Part shown: positions 1-12,159 of the stretch, one piece after another | How positions within the stretch are numbered: position 1 is the stretch's first letter | Layout of the letters: every line of letters begins with the position of its first letter | Origin: Octopus vulgaris | Lineage: Eukaryota | Direction: 5' to 3' | DNA: 64,000 nucleotides | Assembly: GCA_951406725.2 (NCBI GenBank) | Contig: OX597818.1 | Coordinates: 43,462,001 to 43,526,000 of the forward strand | Position numbers and translations under genes: made by a program | Notes under the pieces: generated by a model | What the model was told of the DNA's origin: nothing | The model's database searches: none | The model's input: only the letters and a program-made list of their open reading frames with translations

Positions 1-251
1 CTTTTGATCATAAACCTGCTCAGTTAGGGCTGACCTATGGTTAAACAATGAAAACTCCTCTACTCGTTATCTATATTGTATCCCATTCTGCAAACCCAGC
101 GTTAACCATTTTGATCAATCATTCCTCCTCAGAATTTCAGTCTTCTGGAACTGCCCTTTTACCAATGTTTCCCCGACTGGCATCAGTCTACAGAATTTCA
201 AACTGAATGTCAATTACATTGACCTTATCAGTTTAAAAGGGGCTGTAAAGT

Positions 252-278
252 TTATGCCTGTTTCTCTTCATCTTTGAA
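252..278 (-). CDS. Putative last coding exon (exon 5) of small unknown gene: FKDEEKQA*
   Basis: Minus strand reads ttttattttatag|TTC AAA GAT GAA GAG AAA CAG GCA TAA. Strong polypyrimidine acceptor; phase 0 matches exon 4. Confidence 0.6.
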   Translation of the reverse strand, partial: FKDEEKQA

Positions 279-840
279 CTATAAAATAAAACAATGCTAA
301 ACAGCTCTATTTGACCAACATATGGCACAGATTCAAATATTTGGTGGGGTGACCAACAAGCTCAGTGCTGGATGTCAAGGACAATCGTATTTTTGGACAG
401 CTGCCAACAGATAATTGCACTTTGACAATTATTAATCATTCATTATCATCATCATCATCATCATCACCACCGCCACCACCACTGCCACCACCACCGCCTC
501 CACCATCATCATCATTTAACATCAATGTTCTATGCTGACATGGGTTGGATGGTTTGACAGGATCAGATGGGTCCAAGAACTGCAACATGCTCCAGTGTCT
601 GCTTCAGCATATTTTTCTATGGATGGATGCCCTTCCTAATGCCAACCACTTTACAGTATGAACTGGGTGCTTTTCTTGCACCACCAGCACTACTGAGCTC
701 ACCATGTAGCTTGCAAGATTACAAACCTTGAGTGGGTGGGGATCATATTTATATTAATGGACAAGGCATTAAAATATGTAAAGAGTGCAGAGACAAAGCA
801 AGTTCTTGCAGAAGAGTTACATAGTTACTCATATTTAGTA

Positions 841-1095
841 GTGGAGGTGCATGGCTTAGTAGTTAGGGTGTCAGCATCATGATCGTAAGATTGTGGTTTC
901 GATTCCTGGACTGGGCGACACGTTGTGTTCTTGAGCAAAACACTTCATTTCATGTTGCTCCAGTCCACTCAGTTAGCAAAAATGAGTAACACTGCGATGG
1001 ACTGGCATCCCGTCCAGCTGGGGAACACATACGCCATTGAAACTGGGAAACCGGGCCCATGAAGCTGGCTAGGCTTTATAAGGGTGCATTTATTA
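841..1095 (+). mobile_element. tRNA-derived SINE, family C (GTGGAGGTGCATGGCTTAGTGGTTAG head)
   Basis: Box A-like TGGCTTAGTAGTTAG and box B-like GGTTTCGATTCC. Homologous copies at about 7541-7790, 8808-9100 and 38285-38410. Confidence 0.8.
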
Positions 1096-1210
1096 AGTGG
1101 AGGCGCATGGCTTAGGAAAATGTCCACAGTGATTGGAGTAAAGGTAAATAAAGCTAATTCACTCAGCTTTTCAGAACAAAGATAGGAAGTGAAACCAACT
1201 GACCACTTAC

Positions 1211-1276
1211 CTTTTGAATACGCGGCAACAGTTTATGTCTGTTTGCTTGCTGAAGACCAGAACCATCATAACAACC
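1211..1276 (-). CDS. Putative coding exon 4: GCYDGSGLQQANRHKLLPRIQK
   Basis: Minus strand ttttatttttgtctag|GGT...AAG|gtaagt. 66 nt, open, phase 0/0, consensus donor. Confidence 0.75.
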
Positions 1277-1729
1277 CTAGACAAAAATAAAACAGAATAA
1301 TTCAATAAAAAAAAAACAAATCACTTTTTCATATTATTATCACTATTGTTGGTGTTAAGGTGGCAAACTGGCTGAATTGTCAGCACACCAATCAATATGC
1401 TTAGCAGTATTTTGACTGTCACTATGTTCTGGGTTCAAATTCCACTTAAGTTGACTTCGTCTTCCGTCTTTTCAGGGTTGGTAAATTAAGTACCAGTTAA
1501 ACACTTGGATTGATGTAATCAACTAGTCCCCACCCCACAAATTTCAGGCCTTGTGCCTCTAGTCATCATCATCATCTTTTGATGTCTGCCTTCCATGCTG
1601 GCATGGGTTGGACGGTTTGACTGAGGACTGGCAAGCCAGGAGGCTGCACCAGGCTCCAATCTGATCTGGCAAGGTTTCTACAGCTGGATGCCCTTCCTAA
1701 TGCCAACCACTCCGAGTGTGTAGTGGGTG

Positions 1730-1965
1730 CTGGTTGTTGTTGTTGATGATGATGATGATGATGATGATGGTGGTGGTGATGATGATTGATGGTGGTGGTG
1801 GTGGTGGTGGTGGTTGTGGTGATGGTGATGATGATGATGACAATGATGATGATGATTGATGGTGGTGGTGATGGTGGTGGTGGTGGTGATGATGATGATG
1901 ATGATGAGGAGGAGGAGGATGGTGATGAAGGTGATGATGACTATGATGATGGCTGTGGTAATGAT
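1730..1965. repeat. Compound (GAT)n/(GGT)n trinucleotide microsatellite
   Basis: Directly visible; source of the poly-His/poly-Thr ORFs. Confidence 0.95.
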
Positions 1966-2911
1966 GTCTGTTGATTGTGAGTAATGCTGTTGCATTCACC
2001 CACGGTCTAGCAACTAGTTTCAGTTCTGACAGGTGCTCCAAGCTGCTTCCTTGTTCCTTATGTTTGCAAACAGATGTGAGTCCTGTTGCTGTTAAAAAGA
2101 AGCACAATCCCATTATGTAAACACAAGCAGCATTTGCTACAGAAATGTTTAACAAACAATGAATATATGATACGTTTCAAAAATTGCCTTCACACATACA
2201 ACCAAAGTCCTACATGGATATTCTGGAAGGATGTAGTTGATCTTGTAATGGTACATAACATTCAAAATTACATCAGATCAGTAACAAATGATGGATAGCC
2301 ATAAAATATCAGGAGATCTTAACCCACATTTTAGCAAATCACTGCCCTGGAGCATTTGTGTGGGTGTTAAGAGCAATTATAAATTTTATATGGTTTCATC
2401 CCAAATGATGGTTATAAATTGGCATGCACAGGAAATACAAGCTAGAGGGAGAAGAGCAAGCACTGGCAGAGGGTGGTAGAAGTTTTCTTGGTCAACAGGT
2501 AGTCATGTCACTTTGACCATTTCAACAAGCTTGAAGCCTTTCATTTTCTCCTCTAACCATACATTTTCACACACTAGGTACTGACATTAAGCATAACAGT
2601 CTTTAGCAATTAACATTTGTAATGTCAACAAGGAAATAAATATGATTCATTAAAACTGGTTGGTTTTATGTGGGAAATGATGCACAGCTTGAAAAAATTC
2701 CCAGCTCCCAGCTAACCAAGCCACAATATCAGCCAGCCGCCAACACTTTTTTTCTGCAAAATAGGGGTAGCTTACCCTGTTCAGGCTATATTATTAGCAT
2801 TATCTTGCATTTGAGAATTTAAAATCACTTCTTTAACTTTCTGAGACATCTCAACGCTTCTAAAGCAAACTTTGTTTGTTTGTTTACGTTCATCGTAATT
2901 TGAATTTACAA

Positions 2912-3170
2912 TCATCATCATCATCATCATCATCGTTTAATGTCCGTTTTCCATGCTAGCATGGGTTGGACGGTTTGACCGGGGTCTGGGAAGCCAGGAG
3001 GCTGTGCCAGGCTCCAGTCTGATCTGGCAGTGCTTCTATAGCTGGATGCCCTTCCTAACGCCAACCACTCCATGTGCGTAGTGGGTGCTTTTTACGTGCC
3101 GCCGGCACAGGGGCAAGAGGAGACTGGCAAATTGCCATAATCGGTTGGTGCTTTTTACGTATCACCGACA
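2912..3170 (-). mobile_element. Isolated 3' tail of RTE-like LINE ending in (GAT)n
   Basis: Same sequence as the 3' end of the LINE at 21300-21578. Other copies at about 1563, 14012, 26275, 27553, 34733, 57195, 58943 and 63540. Confidence 0.8.
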
Positions 3171-3244
3171 CGATATCATAGTCAAATAGAATCCAGTGAT
3201 GAGAACTGGAAATGAGTAATCTATGACTTCCACTGCAGCTGATT

Positions 3245-3632
3245 ATGTTGTGGGACCACTTGGTTCCGGGTTCAGTCCCATTGCATGGTACCCTTAGCAA
3301 GTCTTCTACCATAGCCCTGGGCTGACCAAAGCCTTGTGATTGAATTTGGAAGACAGAAACTGAAAGAAGCCCATCATGTGTGTTTGTGTCTGTGTTTATT
3401 CACCCCCCACCACCACCACCACGCTGCTTGATAACTGGTTCTGGTTTGTTTACATCCCTGTAACTTAGTGATTCAGCAAAAAAAAAAAAAGGGACCAATA
3501 GTAAAAGTACCAGACTTTGAAGGAAAAAAAGTAAGTACCAGGGTCAATACATTTGACTAAAACTTCTTCAAGGTGGTGCCCCAGTATGGCTGCAGTCTAA
3601 TGACTGAAACAAGTAAAAGGTAAAAGATAAAA
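3245..3632 (+). mobile_element. tRNA-derived SINE, family A (5'-truncated)
   Basis: GGTTCCGGGTTCAGTCCC box B, internal microsatellite, GACTGAAACAAGTAAAAG tail; matches the copy at 45811. Confidence 0.8.
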
Positions 3633-3652
3633 AGTATATATATATAAATAAC

Positions 3653-3811
3653 TTTATTCTCAAACGCAGGATATTGCTAATAATATAGCATGAACAGGAT
3701 AAACTATCCATATTTGGCAGAAAAATCTGTCGGCAGGCTTTCTGCCAAATATGGATAGTTTATCCTGTTCATGCTATATTATTAGCATTATACTCTGTGT
3801 TTGAGAATAAA
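3653..3811. repeat. Long hairpin / inverted repeat
   Basis: gctaataatatagcatgaacaggataaactatccatatttggcagaaa pairs with tttctgccaaatatggatagtttatcctgttcatgctatattattagc. Confidence 0.9.
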
Positions 3812-3897
3812 ATTATTTCCTTATCTGTATCTTTCAATACATCTCAATGTTTCTAAAGCAAACTCTGTTTGTTGACTTTCAACATAAGTTGAATTTA

Positions 3898-3928
<31 letters not shown>

Positions 3929-3942
3929 CATATGTATGTATG

Positions 3943-3981
<39 letters not shown>

Positions 3982-4253
3982 AAAGTATTTTCAAATCTTA
4001 CCAATGCAACTAGTATTTTACTAGCAATTTTTACAACCCTTTCTTTTCTTTTTTTATCCACAAGAGCAGGTGAATAGTAAGGAATATTTGGATATCTAAA
4101 AGTTAAAAAAAACACATAAATGAACAAATGAAGAGAACATTTTTGGCTTACAAAAAAAAATTTCTTATCCCTAGATCGATCTTAACTAAACAAAACTATG
4201 ATTGAAATCACTCCATTCATGAACATTTCATCTATTTTGGGGGTTAAGACTAC

Positions 4254-4590
4254 AAGCATGAAAAACAATTAAATCGTGGAAAAATTAAATGTAATTTAAA
4301 AAAAAAATATTTCCATGGTTTTCAAAAGCAAGGGACATTTTCTTTTTTTCTGTCTGTCTCTCTTTTTTACTCATGTGAGATCTTGGTAACAGGTAGTAGC
4401 AGCCCTAATATTTGATCAAATATTAGGACTACTACTACCCGCTACCTGCTACCAAGACCTAACATGAGTAAAAAAGTTAGACAGAGACAGACAGAGAAAA
4501 GGAAAATGTCCCTTGCATTTGAAAACCATGGAAATATTTAAAAAAAACATTTCATTTCATTTTTCCACAATTTAATTGTTTGTCATGTTT
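4254..4590. repeat. Imperfect palindrome of about 340 bp
   Basis: Centred on perfect cctaatatttgatcaaatattagg (4404-4427). Arms pair, e.g. atatttccatggttttcaaa with tttgaaaaccatggaaatat. Confidence 0.9.
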
Positions 4591-4732
4591 TACTCTCAGT
4601 TAAAAAAAGTTGCAAAGGCTGAAACCGGTACTAAAATGTTCTTCATGATAAAATTAGTTTAGCATTTTCTACCTTGTCTTATTTTCCTTATACATATCAA
4701 CTTGTGTGTTCCTTTTCAACCTTCTACACACA

Positions 4733-4777
<45 letters not shown>

Positions 4778-5089
4778 TTTTTCTTTGTATTCAGTAACAT
4801 AGGGCAGGGCAAGTGGGTTGATCTGTACACAGGTGATACTTTTATAGACATGTCACTTTTGGGCCTGCTGTTTAAGAGTATAGGGGGCAAGATGGATGGG
4901 AAGCAAACTCAATGGTTGCCCCAGGTAGCACACACTCTATCCATCCTACTGTTTGTATTTGATGATGATAGTTCTGTTAGAAAGAGTTTTGTGTAATAAT
5001 ATAAATACTTCTATCAACAAAGATTCTGTAACGGAATTCTAAATGAAATCAAAATTAAATCAGTTTTGTTTGATAAAAATGGAACTTAA

Positions 5090-5320
5090 AGGTGGCGAGC
5101 TGTCAGAAATGTTAGCATGCCAGGCAAAATGCTTAGCGGTATTTCGTCTGCCACTACGTTCTGAGTTCAAATTCCGCCAAGGTCGACTTTGCCTTTCATC
5201 CTTTCGGGGTCAATTAAATAAGTACCAGTTACGCACTGGGGTCGATATAATCAACTTAATCCGTTTGTCTGTCCTTGTTTGTCCTCTGTGTGTGTAGCCC
5301 CTTGTGAGCAGTAAAGAAAT
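5090..5320 (+). mobile_element. tRNA-derived SINE, family B, with target-site duplication
   Basis: GGCGAGCTG head and GAGTTCAAATTCC box B; flanked by direct repeat aaaaatggaactt. Confidence 0.85.
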
Positions 5321-8056
5321 AAAAATGGAACTTCTTTTGTGTGAAGAAAAACTTATGACTCAAGAATGTACAAAACAGCAATCATTTGTCAAGCCTTAGT
5401 CCCACTGGAAACCACATATTTCCTCCACAGCAAAACATCTGTTCCTGTTCCTCTATCAAGGCTTAACCTGTCATAACCTGACACAAAGCCAATTCTCTTG
5501 ACATAACCCCTCCATCCACTAAGGGATCTTTTTCTTTGACTTGCATATTACTTGGTGACCTTGCCAGTTCTTGGTGCCATATAGAAAATACTAAATACAC
5601 TTTGTAAAGTGGTTGGCTGTAGGAAGGGCATTCAGCTGTAGAAACTATGCCAAAACAGAGAGAAGAGCCTGTGCAGTCCTCTGGCTTGCCAGCATGGAAG
5701 GTGGATATAAAATGACAATGATGATGGTGGCAGTAATGGTGATAGCGATGGCAATGACAATGATGACAGCAATGATATTCAAACAAATAAAACAGAAAGT
5801 TTTGAATTCAATGACACTGACAAATAGCATTGATTTCTAAGGAGTTCCAAGCTGCCTCCTTACTCTTTATGCCTGTAAACAGAAAACAGATGCAAGTCTT
5901 GTCACTAATAATGATTTCAAATTTTGGCACAAGGCCAGCAATTTCGTTAGAGGGACTACATTGACCCTAGTGTTCAACTGGTACTTATTTTATCGACCTA
6001 AAAGGATGAAAGGCGAAGTCGACCTCTGCAGAATTTGAACTCTGAATGTAAAGGCAGATGAAATGCTGTTAAGCATTTCATTACATAAACAAGTAATTGC
6101 AAGAATAATGCTTTTCCTCTGTTTATTAAATTTTACCTTTGCTTTCTTCGAGATAGAACAGAATCCTTGTTTTCTAATGAACTGCAGGATGAAAGTCTCT
6201 TTTTCTGAGAATAATCCCCATCATGTAGGTAAAGTAAACTTGGAGGGAGCTTATAAGAGAAATAAAAAGAAGCTAAATAAATTTTACATAATTTAGAATA
6301 TTTGAAACAATAAAATGGATATATACAAAGCTTACTCTTTATTAAATACATGTAGTAAAATTTACTCAATTTGGTGGGGCTGCCTGCTGGAACCTAGTGG
6401 CAGGTATTTAAAGGGAAAAAATTTGACAAGTCAGCCAGTCGCCGACTGACACTGGTTGACGCTACACCAAAGAGGCCAGGGAACAGAAGAAAGAAGACAT
6501 GCACCCAACACCAGAGCTGAAGACACCTCCAAAAGGGGGCCGCTACATCAAAACGGTGGAGGAGTAGGGGCCGAAACCGGACGTGGTTCCTCCTGATGAT
6601 GTCTTCAGCTAACTGGATCCTATAAAGGAGCTGTTGTAGTAGCAGACCATGAAACACAGTTGTAATTCCTCAGATTCCACAGAACTAAACATTTTTTAAA
6701 AACTGCATTACTCCATGTTTCCCATTAAACAACTCCCAGGTGAATCATCAACGTAATTATTGTCATTATTATTCTCACTGAATGAAATGTGTTACAATCT
6801 TCTTTAAAAAATATTTCTGTTAAAATACTTCAAAAAAAATCTATGCTTTATCATTGTACATTTTTAAAATGCTATTTTAATATAAGAGTATTGTTTGCTG
6901 AAGTTAGTGCTGCCTCTAAAACCTTAAAAAATAGGAAAACTCCTGGATCAACAATATTCAAACTGAGATCTTGAATAAAGATGATTATCTCATATGTGAG
7001 TGCTTCATCACTACATCACAGAAATAAGAAACCAAGAATATATATCTCAACATTGGAAGGATGTTAACATCATCATCGTCATCTACTTAAACAAATAAAC
7101 AAATCTTATTTGCCCTAAGAGTAGGGGTATAGCACTTCTACACATTGATGGGAAGGTCATATCTATGACCAATTTAACCAATGTCAGAGAATATCACACT
7201 AAAAGTACAAAGTAGATTTTTCACAGATACACAACACAGCTTTAGAATAAATGCAAAATAAAGGCAAAAGAAAAACACCAGGACCTATTCACTGCAATTG
7301 TGGATCTCGCTAAGATTTTTAACACTGCAGACAGGAAACTTCTATGGTAAAGTTTAGTTACCTGCTCAAATTTGTGAGTCTCTTATGCCAATTATGTCAC
7401 ATAATCATATCTACTGTGGGCAATCTCTCGGATTTCTCTTGCCCATTTGTTGAGTATTACTTCAAAAACATCTCTGAATAAATTATGTTGCAGCAGCATA
7501 ATTATAACGATAAACATTATTATCATCGTTATCATAACTTTGTGGAGGCATGTAGCTTAGTGGTTAGGGTGTTGGACTCATGATCATAAGATTGTGGTTT
7601 CGATTCCTGGACCTGGCGATGCGTTGTGTTCTTGAGCAAAGCACTTCATATCACATTGCTCCAGTCCACTCAGCCGGCAAAAATGAATAAACCTGTGATG
7701 GATCAGCATCCCTTCCAAGTGGGGCATTTATATGCCACCGAAACTGGAAAAGCAGCCCTTATGAGCCTGGCATGGCTTGAGAAGGAAGCACTTCTTATCA
7801 TAAATTTAACACTTGTTTTTTCTTTTAATGCTGATATGAGTGGGGTGGGTTTTCTTTTCAGTATTTCTCACATGTTTGGTATCCAGTATCCCTTAGTTTC
7901 ATGTAACCAGCAGCAATTTATATTTTACTTTATCTAATCAGTATTTCAACATTGCATACTACTTCTGCAACTGTAGTAACATTTACTGTTTAACACTTAA
8001 TAGCTGATTCAAATCATATATATACATATATTTTAAATGACATCAAATATACTCAC

Positions 8057-8144
8057 AGGATAAACAACAGGTTTTTCATATTTGAAGCAATTTCCAGAAG
8101 GACTGAACCCATCTTCTCGTTGTATTACATTCATGTGGTATTTG
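8057..8144 (-). CDS. Putative coding exon 3: KYHMNVIQREDGFSPSGNCFKYEKPVVYP
   Basis: Minus strand aattttcctatttag|C AAA TAC...CCT|gtgagt. 88 nt, open, phase 2 in and phase 0 out. Confidence 0.75.
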
Positions 8145-8212
8145 CTAAATAGGAAAATTAACAATATCTATGTAATAAAACAGTTCTGAAAGAAAGTTTG
8201 AAAATATGTTAA

Positions 8213-8470
8213 CCCTTTCATTACTGTATTTCTGTTGAGATGCTCTGTGTTTCTTTCAATTAATTTGAAATATAACAAAGAATTTAGTAAAATAACTTAG
8301 TTATCATTAAGCTAGTGTTAGGAACATAAAGTTTGGTTGAAATACTGATTAGATAAAGTAAAATTAAAATCTTCAAGGTTTGGTGGAAGATTTTAATTCA
8401 AAACTTATGGAAACAAGACATTTGTACTACAGAGCCAGAGCTAGTTTCAGCCGGGTTGGTAACGAAAGGG
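8213..8470. mobile_element. piggyBac-type MITE
   Basis: TTAA|CCCTTTC...GAAAGGG|TTAA gives a TTAA duplication and short TIRs; second copy at 33343-33563. Confidence 0.85.
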
Positions 8471-8524
8471 TTAAAATAGATTGACTGTCTCAGAGATAAC
8501 ATGCAATCTATAACATAGACTCAC

Positions 8525-8569
8525 CACTGGTTTGGAGTTAATACGTCACCATGACCACAAAGATAAGTT
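8525..8569 (-). CDS. Putative coding exon 2: TYLCGHGDVLTPNQ
   Basis: Minus strand cacttactag|A ACT TAT...CAG TG|gtgagt. 45 nt, symmetric phase 2/2, open. The acceptor is weak. Confidence 0.55.
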
Positions 8570-9199
8570 CTAGTAAGTGTAAATGGTTTCAAATTTTGGC
8601 ACGTGGCCAGCAATTTTTAGGGGAGGAGATAAGTTGTTTACAACAACCCCAGGGCTCACATGGTACATGTCCAGAGAAAGGGAAGAAGAAAGGAAGGGAG
8701 AGAGAAAGAGAGAGAGAAGGAGAAAGAAGAAGTGAAGATGAAGGTGAAGATAGAAGGGAAGTTATTAAATTGAATTTATTTAATTTGTAAATTTGTATAA
8801 TTTACTGGGTGGAGGCGCAATGGCCCAGTTGTTAGGGCAGCGAACTCGCGGTCGGAGGATCATGGTTTCAATTCCCAGACCAGGCATTTTGTGTGTTTAT
8901 TGAGTGAAAACACCTAAAGATCCATGGCAGGGGTTGGTGATGACCCCTGTTGTACTCTTTCGCCCCAACTTTCTCTCACTCTTTCTTCCTGTTCCTTGAG
9001 TAATGCTGACTGGCATCCCGTCCAGTCAGGGGGAACACATACACCACAGAAACCGGGCTCATGAGCCTGGCTAGGCTTGAAAAAGGGCTTATAAATAAAT
9101 AAAATAATAATTTACTTGACGTGAATGTTCAAAATAAGATTTTCCTGATATTAAATTCAAAGGTTTTGGAGGTCATATTTCTCTAGTTCATGAACATAT

Positions 9200-9510
9200 T
9201 GGCACTCAATCGATTATGATGACAAAGGGTCCAGTTGATCTGATCAACGGAACAGCCAGCTTGTGAAAATCACACACAAGTGGCTGAGCACTCCACAGAC
9301 ATGTATACCTTTAACGTAGTTCTCAGGGAGACTCAATGAAACACAGAATGTGACAAGGCTGGTCTTTTGAAATACAGGTACAAGTCATTTTTGGCATCTG
9401 AGTGGAACAGGTGCAATGTGAAATAAAGTGTCTTGCTCAAGGACACAAGTCATCAGGAATCAAATTCATAACTACATGGTCATGAGCCAAATACTCTAAC
9501 TACAAGGTCA
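9200..9510 (-). mobile_element. SINE-like element, family D
   Basis: Homologous to about 57460-57772 (gtggctgagcactccacagac...gaaataaagtgtcttgctcaaggac) with a tRNA-like head on the minus strand. Confidence 0.7.
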
Positions 9511-9539
9511 CATAATTTACCATTAATGCTATATATGCC

Positions 9540-9965
9540 TGTGTGTGTGTGTTTGTGCGTGTGTGTGAGTGTGTATGTGCATTTGTATTTGTGTGTGTAT
9601 GTGTGTGTTTGTGTGTGTATGTGTGTGCATGCGTGTTTGTGTGTGTGTGTGAGTGCATGTGTGTGTGTGTTTGTGTGTGTGTATGCTTGTGTTTGTGTGT
9701 GTGTGTGTGTGCATGGGTCCGCACGCGTGTGTTTGTGCAGGTGTCTGGGTGTGTGTGTGTGTGTGAGTATGTGTTTGCGCGTATGTGAGTGTGTATGTGT
9801 GTGTGTACATTTGTATTGGTGTGAGTTTTTTGTGTGTGTAGGTGTTTGTGTGTTGGTGTGTGTGTGTGTGTGTGTGTGCATGCGTGTGTGAGTGTGTTTA
9901 TGTGCATTTGTGTGTATGTGTGTTTGTGGGTGGGTGTGCGTACATATGTGCGTGTGTATGTGTGT
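9540..9965. repeat. Degenerate (GT)n block
   Basis: Directly visible. Confidence 0.95.
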
Positions 9966-10189
9966 CTGTCTCTTTTTACGTCAAGTTATACATAAAGGCA
10001 ATTCAACATTAAAGTGCAGCATTACTCAATACTCTCCAGATGAATACATGTTTATTAAACTTTTCCAAGAGGACAAGGTGTCAATGACTTCAAACTTTCA
10101 GTTTGCTATCCTCTGTTAGGCTGCCTGATGAAGGCTAGCCAGCCAAAACATCAATGCCACTGTCACCCTTCCTGCAAAAATCCATTAAA

Positions 10190-10810
10190 TACACGTGTGC
10201 ACACACACACACACACACAAATGCACTCACTCACACACACACATACACACACACACACACTCACACACTCTCTCACACATACACACACACAAACACAAAT
10301 ACACAAACACACACTCACACACACATGCACAAATACAAATGCACACACACACACACAAACATACAGACACAAACACGTGCACACACTCATGCACACATAC
10401 ACAAACACACAAATACAAATGCACACACACACACACAAACATACAGACACAAACACGTGCACACATACACAAACACACAAATACAAATGCACACACACAC
10501 ACACAAACATACAGACACAAACACGTGCACACACTCATGCACACATACACAAACACACAAATACAAATGCACACACACACACACAAACATACAGACACAA
10601 ACACGTGCACACACTCATGCACACATACACAAACACACAAATACAAATGCACACACACACACACTCATACACACACACTCATACACACACACTCATACAC
10701 ACACATTCATACACACACACAGAGACACAAAGACACACACACACACACAGACACAAAGACACCCACACACACTCTCTCCCTCTCTCTCTCACATACACAC
10801 ACACACACAG
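10190..10810. repeat. (CA)n-derived minisatellite with higher-order unit of about 68-80 bp
   Basis: The motif cagacacaaacacgtgcacac recurs at about 10365, 10445, 10513 and 10593. Confidence 0.9.
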
Positions 10811-11279
10811 AGTAGGTAGATAGCGTTATAATCCAAGCTGTTTCCTCTTGAAGCACATGTGCATATTCTCATACCTCAGAATTGTATGTAGATGTCAGAA
10901 CTATGTGTTAAAAAAAACACCGTAAAATACCTTTTGCAGAGTAATTAACTAACTACAAATCCAAACAGGAGATTTCAAAAAATTATTTTCCACTATTTTT
11001 CAACTCTTATGCATGCTTCACACAATCATAATGTCCGCATATAATTTTGGCATACTAGAACATACAGATGTGCTCCATGAGGACACAGCTTGGATCATAA
11101 CCCTATCCACATACTATTCTGCTCTAATATAATCCACTAGATTATATTTCAGTTTTGAGTACTTATTGCTGTTCAGTCTCTAAAATGGAAAAAAATACAT
11201 TTGGATGTTTCGTTAAATGAAATTAAAGAATCATCCAAATGTAAATTTTGTATTATTTCATTCTCTTCCTGATAAATTT

Positions 11280-11440
11280 AGTGGCTGTGTGGTAAGTAGC
11301 TTGCTTACCAACCACATGTTTCTGGGTTCAGTCCCACTGCATGGCACCTTGAGCAAGTGTCTTCTACTATAGCCTTGGGATGACCAAAGCCTTGTGAGTG
11401 GATTTGGTAGACGGAAACTGAAAGAAGCCCGTCGTATATA

Positions 11441-11486
<46 letters not shown>

Positions 11487-11742
11487 GCCTCTGGCATATA
11501 TATATATATGTATACATACATGTATGTGTGTGTGTGATGTATGATGAGGATATGTGTGTGTGTTGACAACCGATGCTGGTGTGTTTATGTCCCCGTAACT
11601 TAGCGGTTTGGCAAAAGTAACCGATTGAATAAGTACTAGGCTTACAAAGAATAAGTCCTGGGGTCGATTTGCTCGACTAAAAGGCGGTGCTCCAGCATGG
11701 CCACAGTCAAATAACTGAAACAAGTAAAAGAGTAAAAGAGTA
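11280..11742 (+). mobile_element. tRNA-derived SINE, family A
   Basis: GTGGCTGTGTGGTAAG head, internal (TA)n, GTAAAAGA tail. Confidence 0.85.
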
Positions 11743-12159
11743 ATACAAGATGTTACTCCTGTTTATTCTACATGTACACCTTTGGTAACTCTTATTGAGA
11801 AATGAAACACATGTAATGGTGAATAAATAATACCAAAATTTTTTCAGTCTCCTATTTTGATACACACACACACAGAAGTTTGTGCGTATGTAGAAAGAGA
11901 GAGGGAGAGGGAGAAAGATGGAGCAATTATATAATGATGGAACCATTTCAATTATGTAAAGGCACATACAAACTGTTAAATTCACTTGGCTTTCAGTTCA
12001 TGAGTTGTCAAAATGTTTGTTGCACCCCCACTTCAGCCTGGTCTGTTGCACACTTTCACAGCAATTCAGTGGAACAGTATTGGGAATTTGGATGCAGTGA
12101 TGCAACAAAAATTTCAACATCATCATTTAATGCAATAAATAATGAAATTATTGTATACA

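Noticed and set aside
841-915. tRNA gene
   Set aside because: The tRNA-like A/B boxes are SINE heads followed by a shared body; no complete cloverleaf is evident.
1211-1276. Assignment of the small gene to CFAP126/Flattop from ANRHKLLP
   Set aside because: Only a few residues resemble ANDRGHLLP; the N-terminus and downstream motifs do not match.
1678-2155. Poly-His/poly-Pro ORFs
   Set aside because: Translations of a GAT/GGT microsatellite plus an RTE tail; no splice or coding signal.
9480-10823. Long HT/CV-rich ORFs (up to 231 aa) and a CRISPR-like periodicity
   Set aside because: CA/GT microsatellite-derived tandem units without unique spacers; eukaryotic context.
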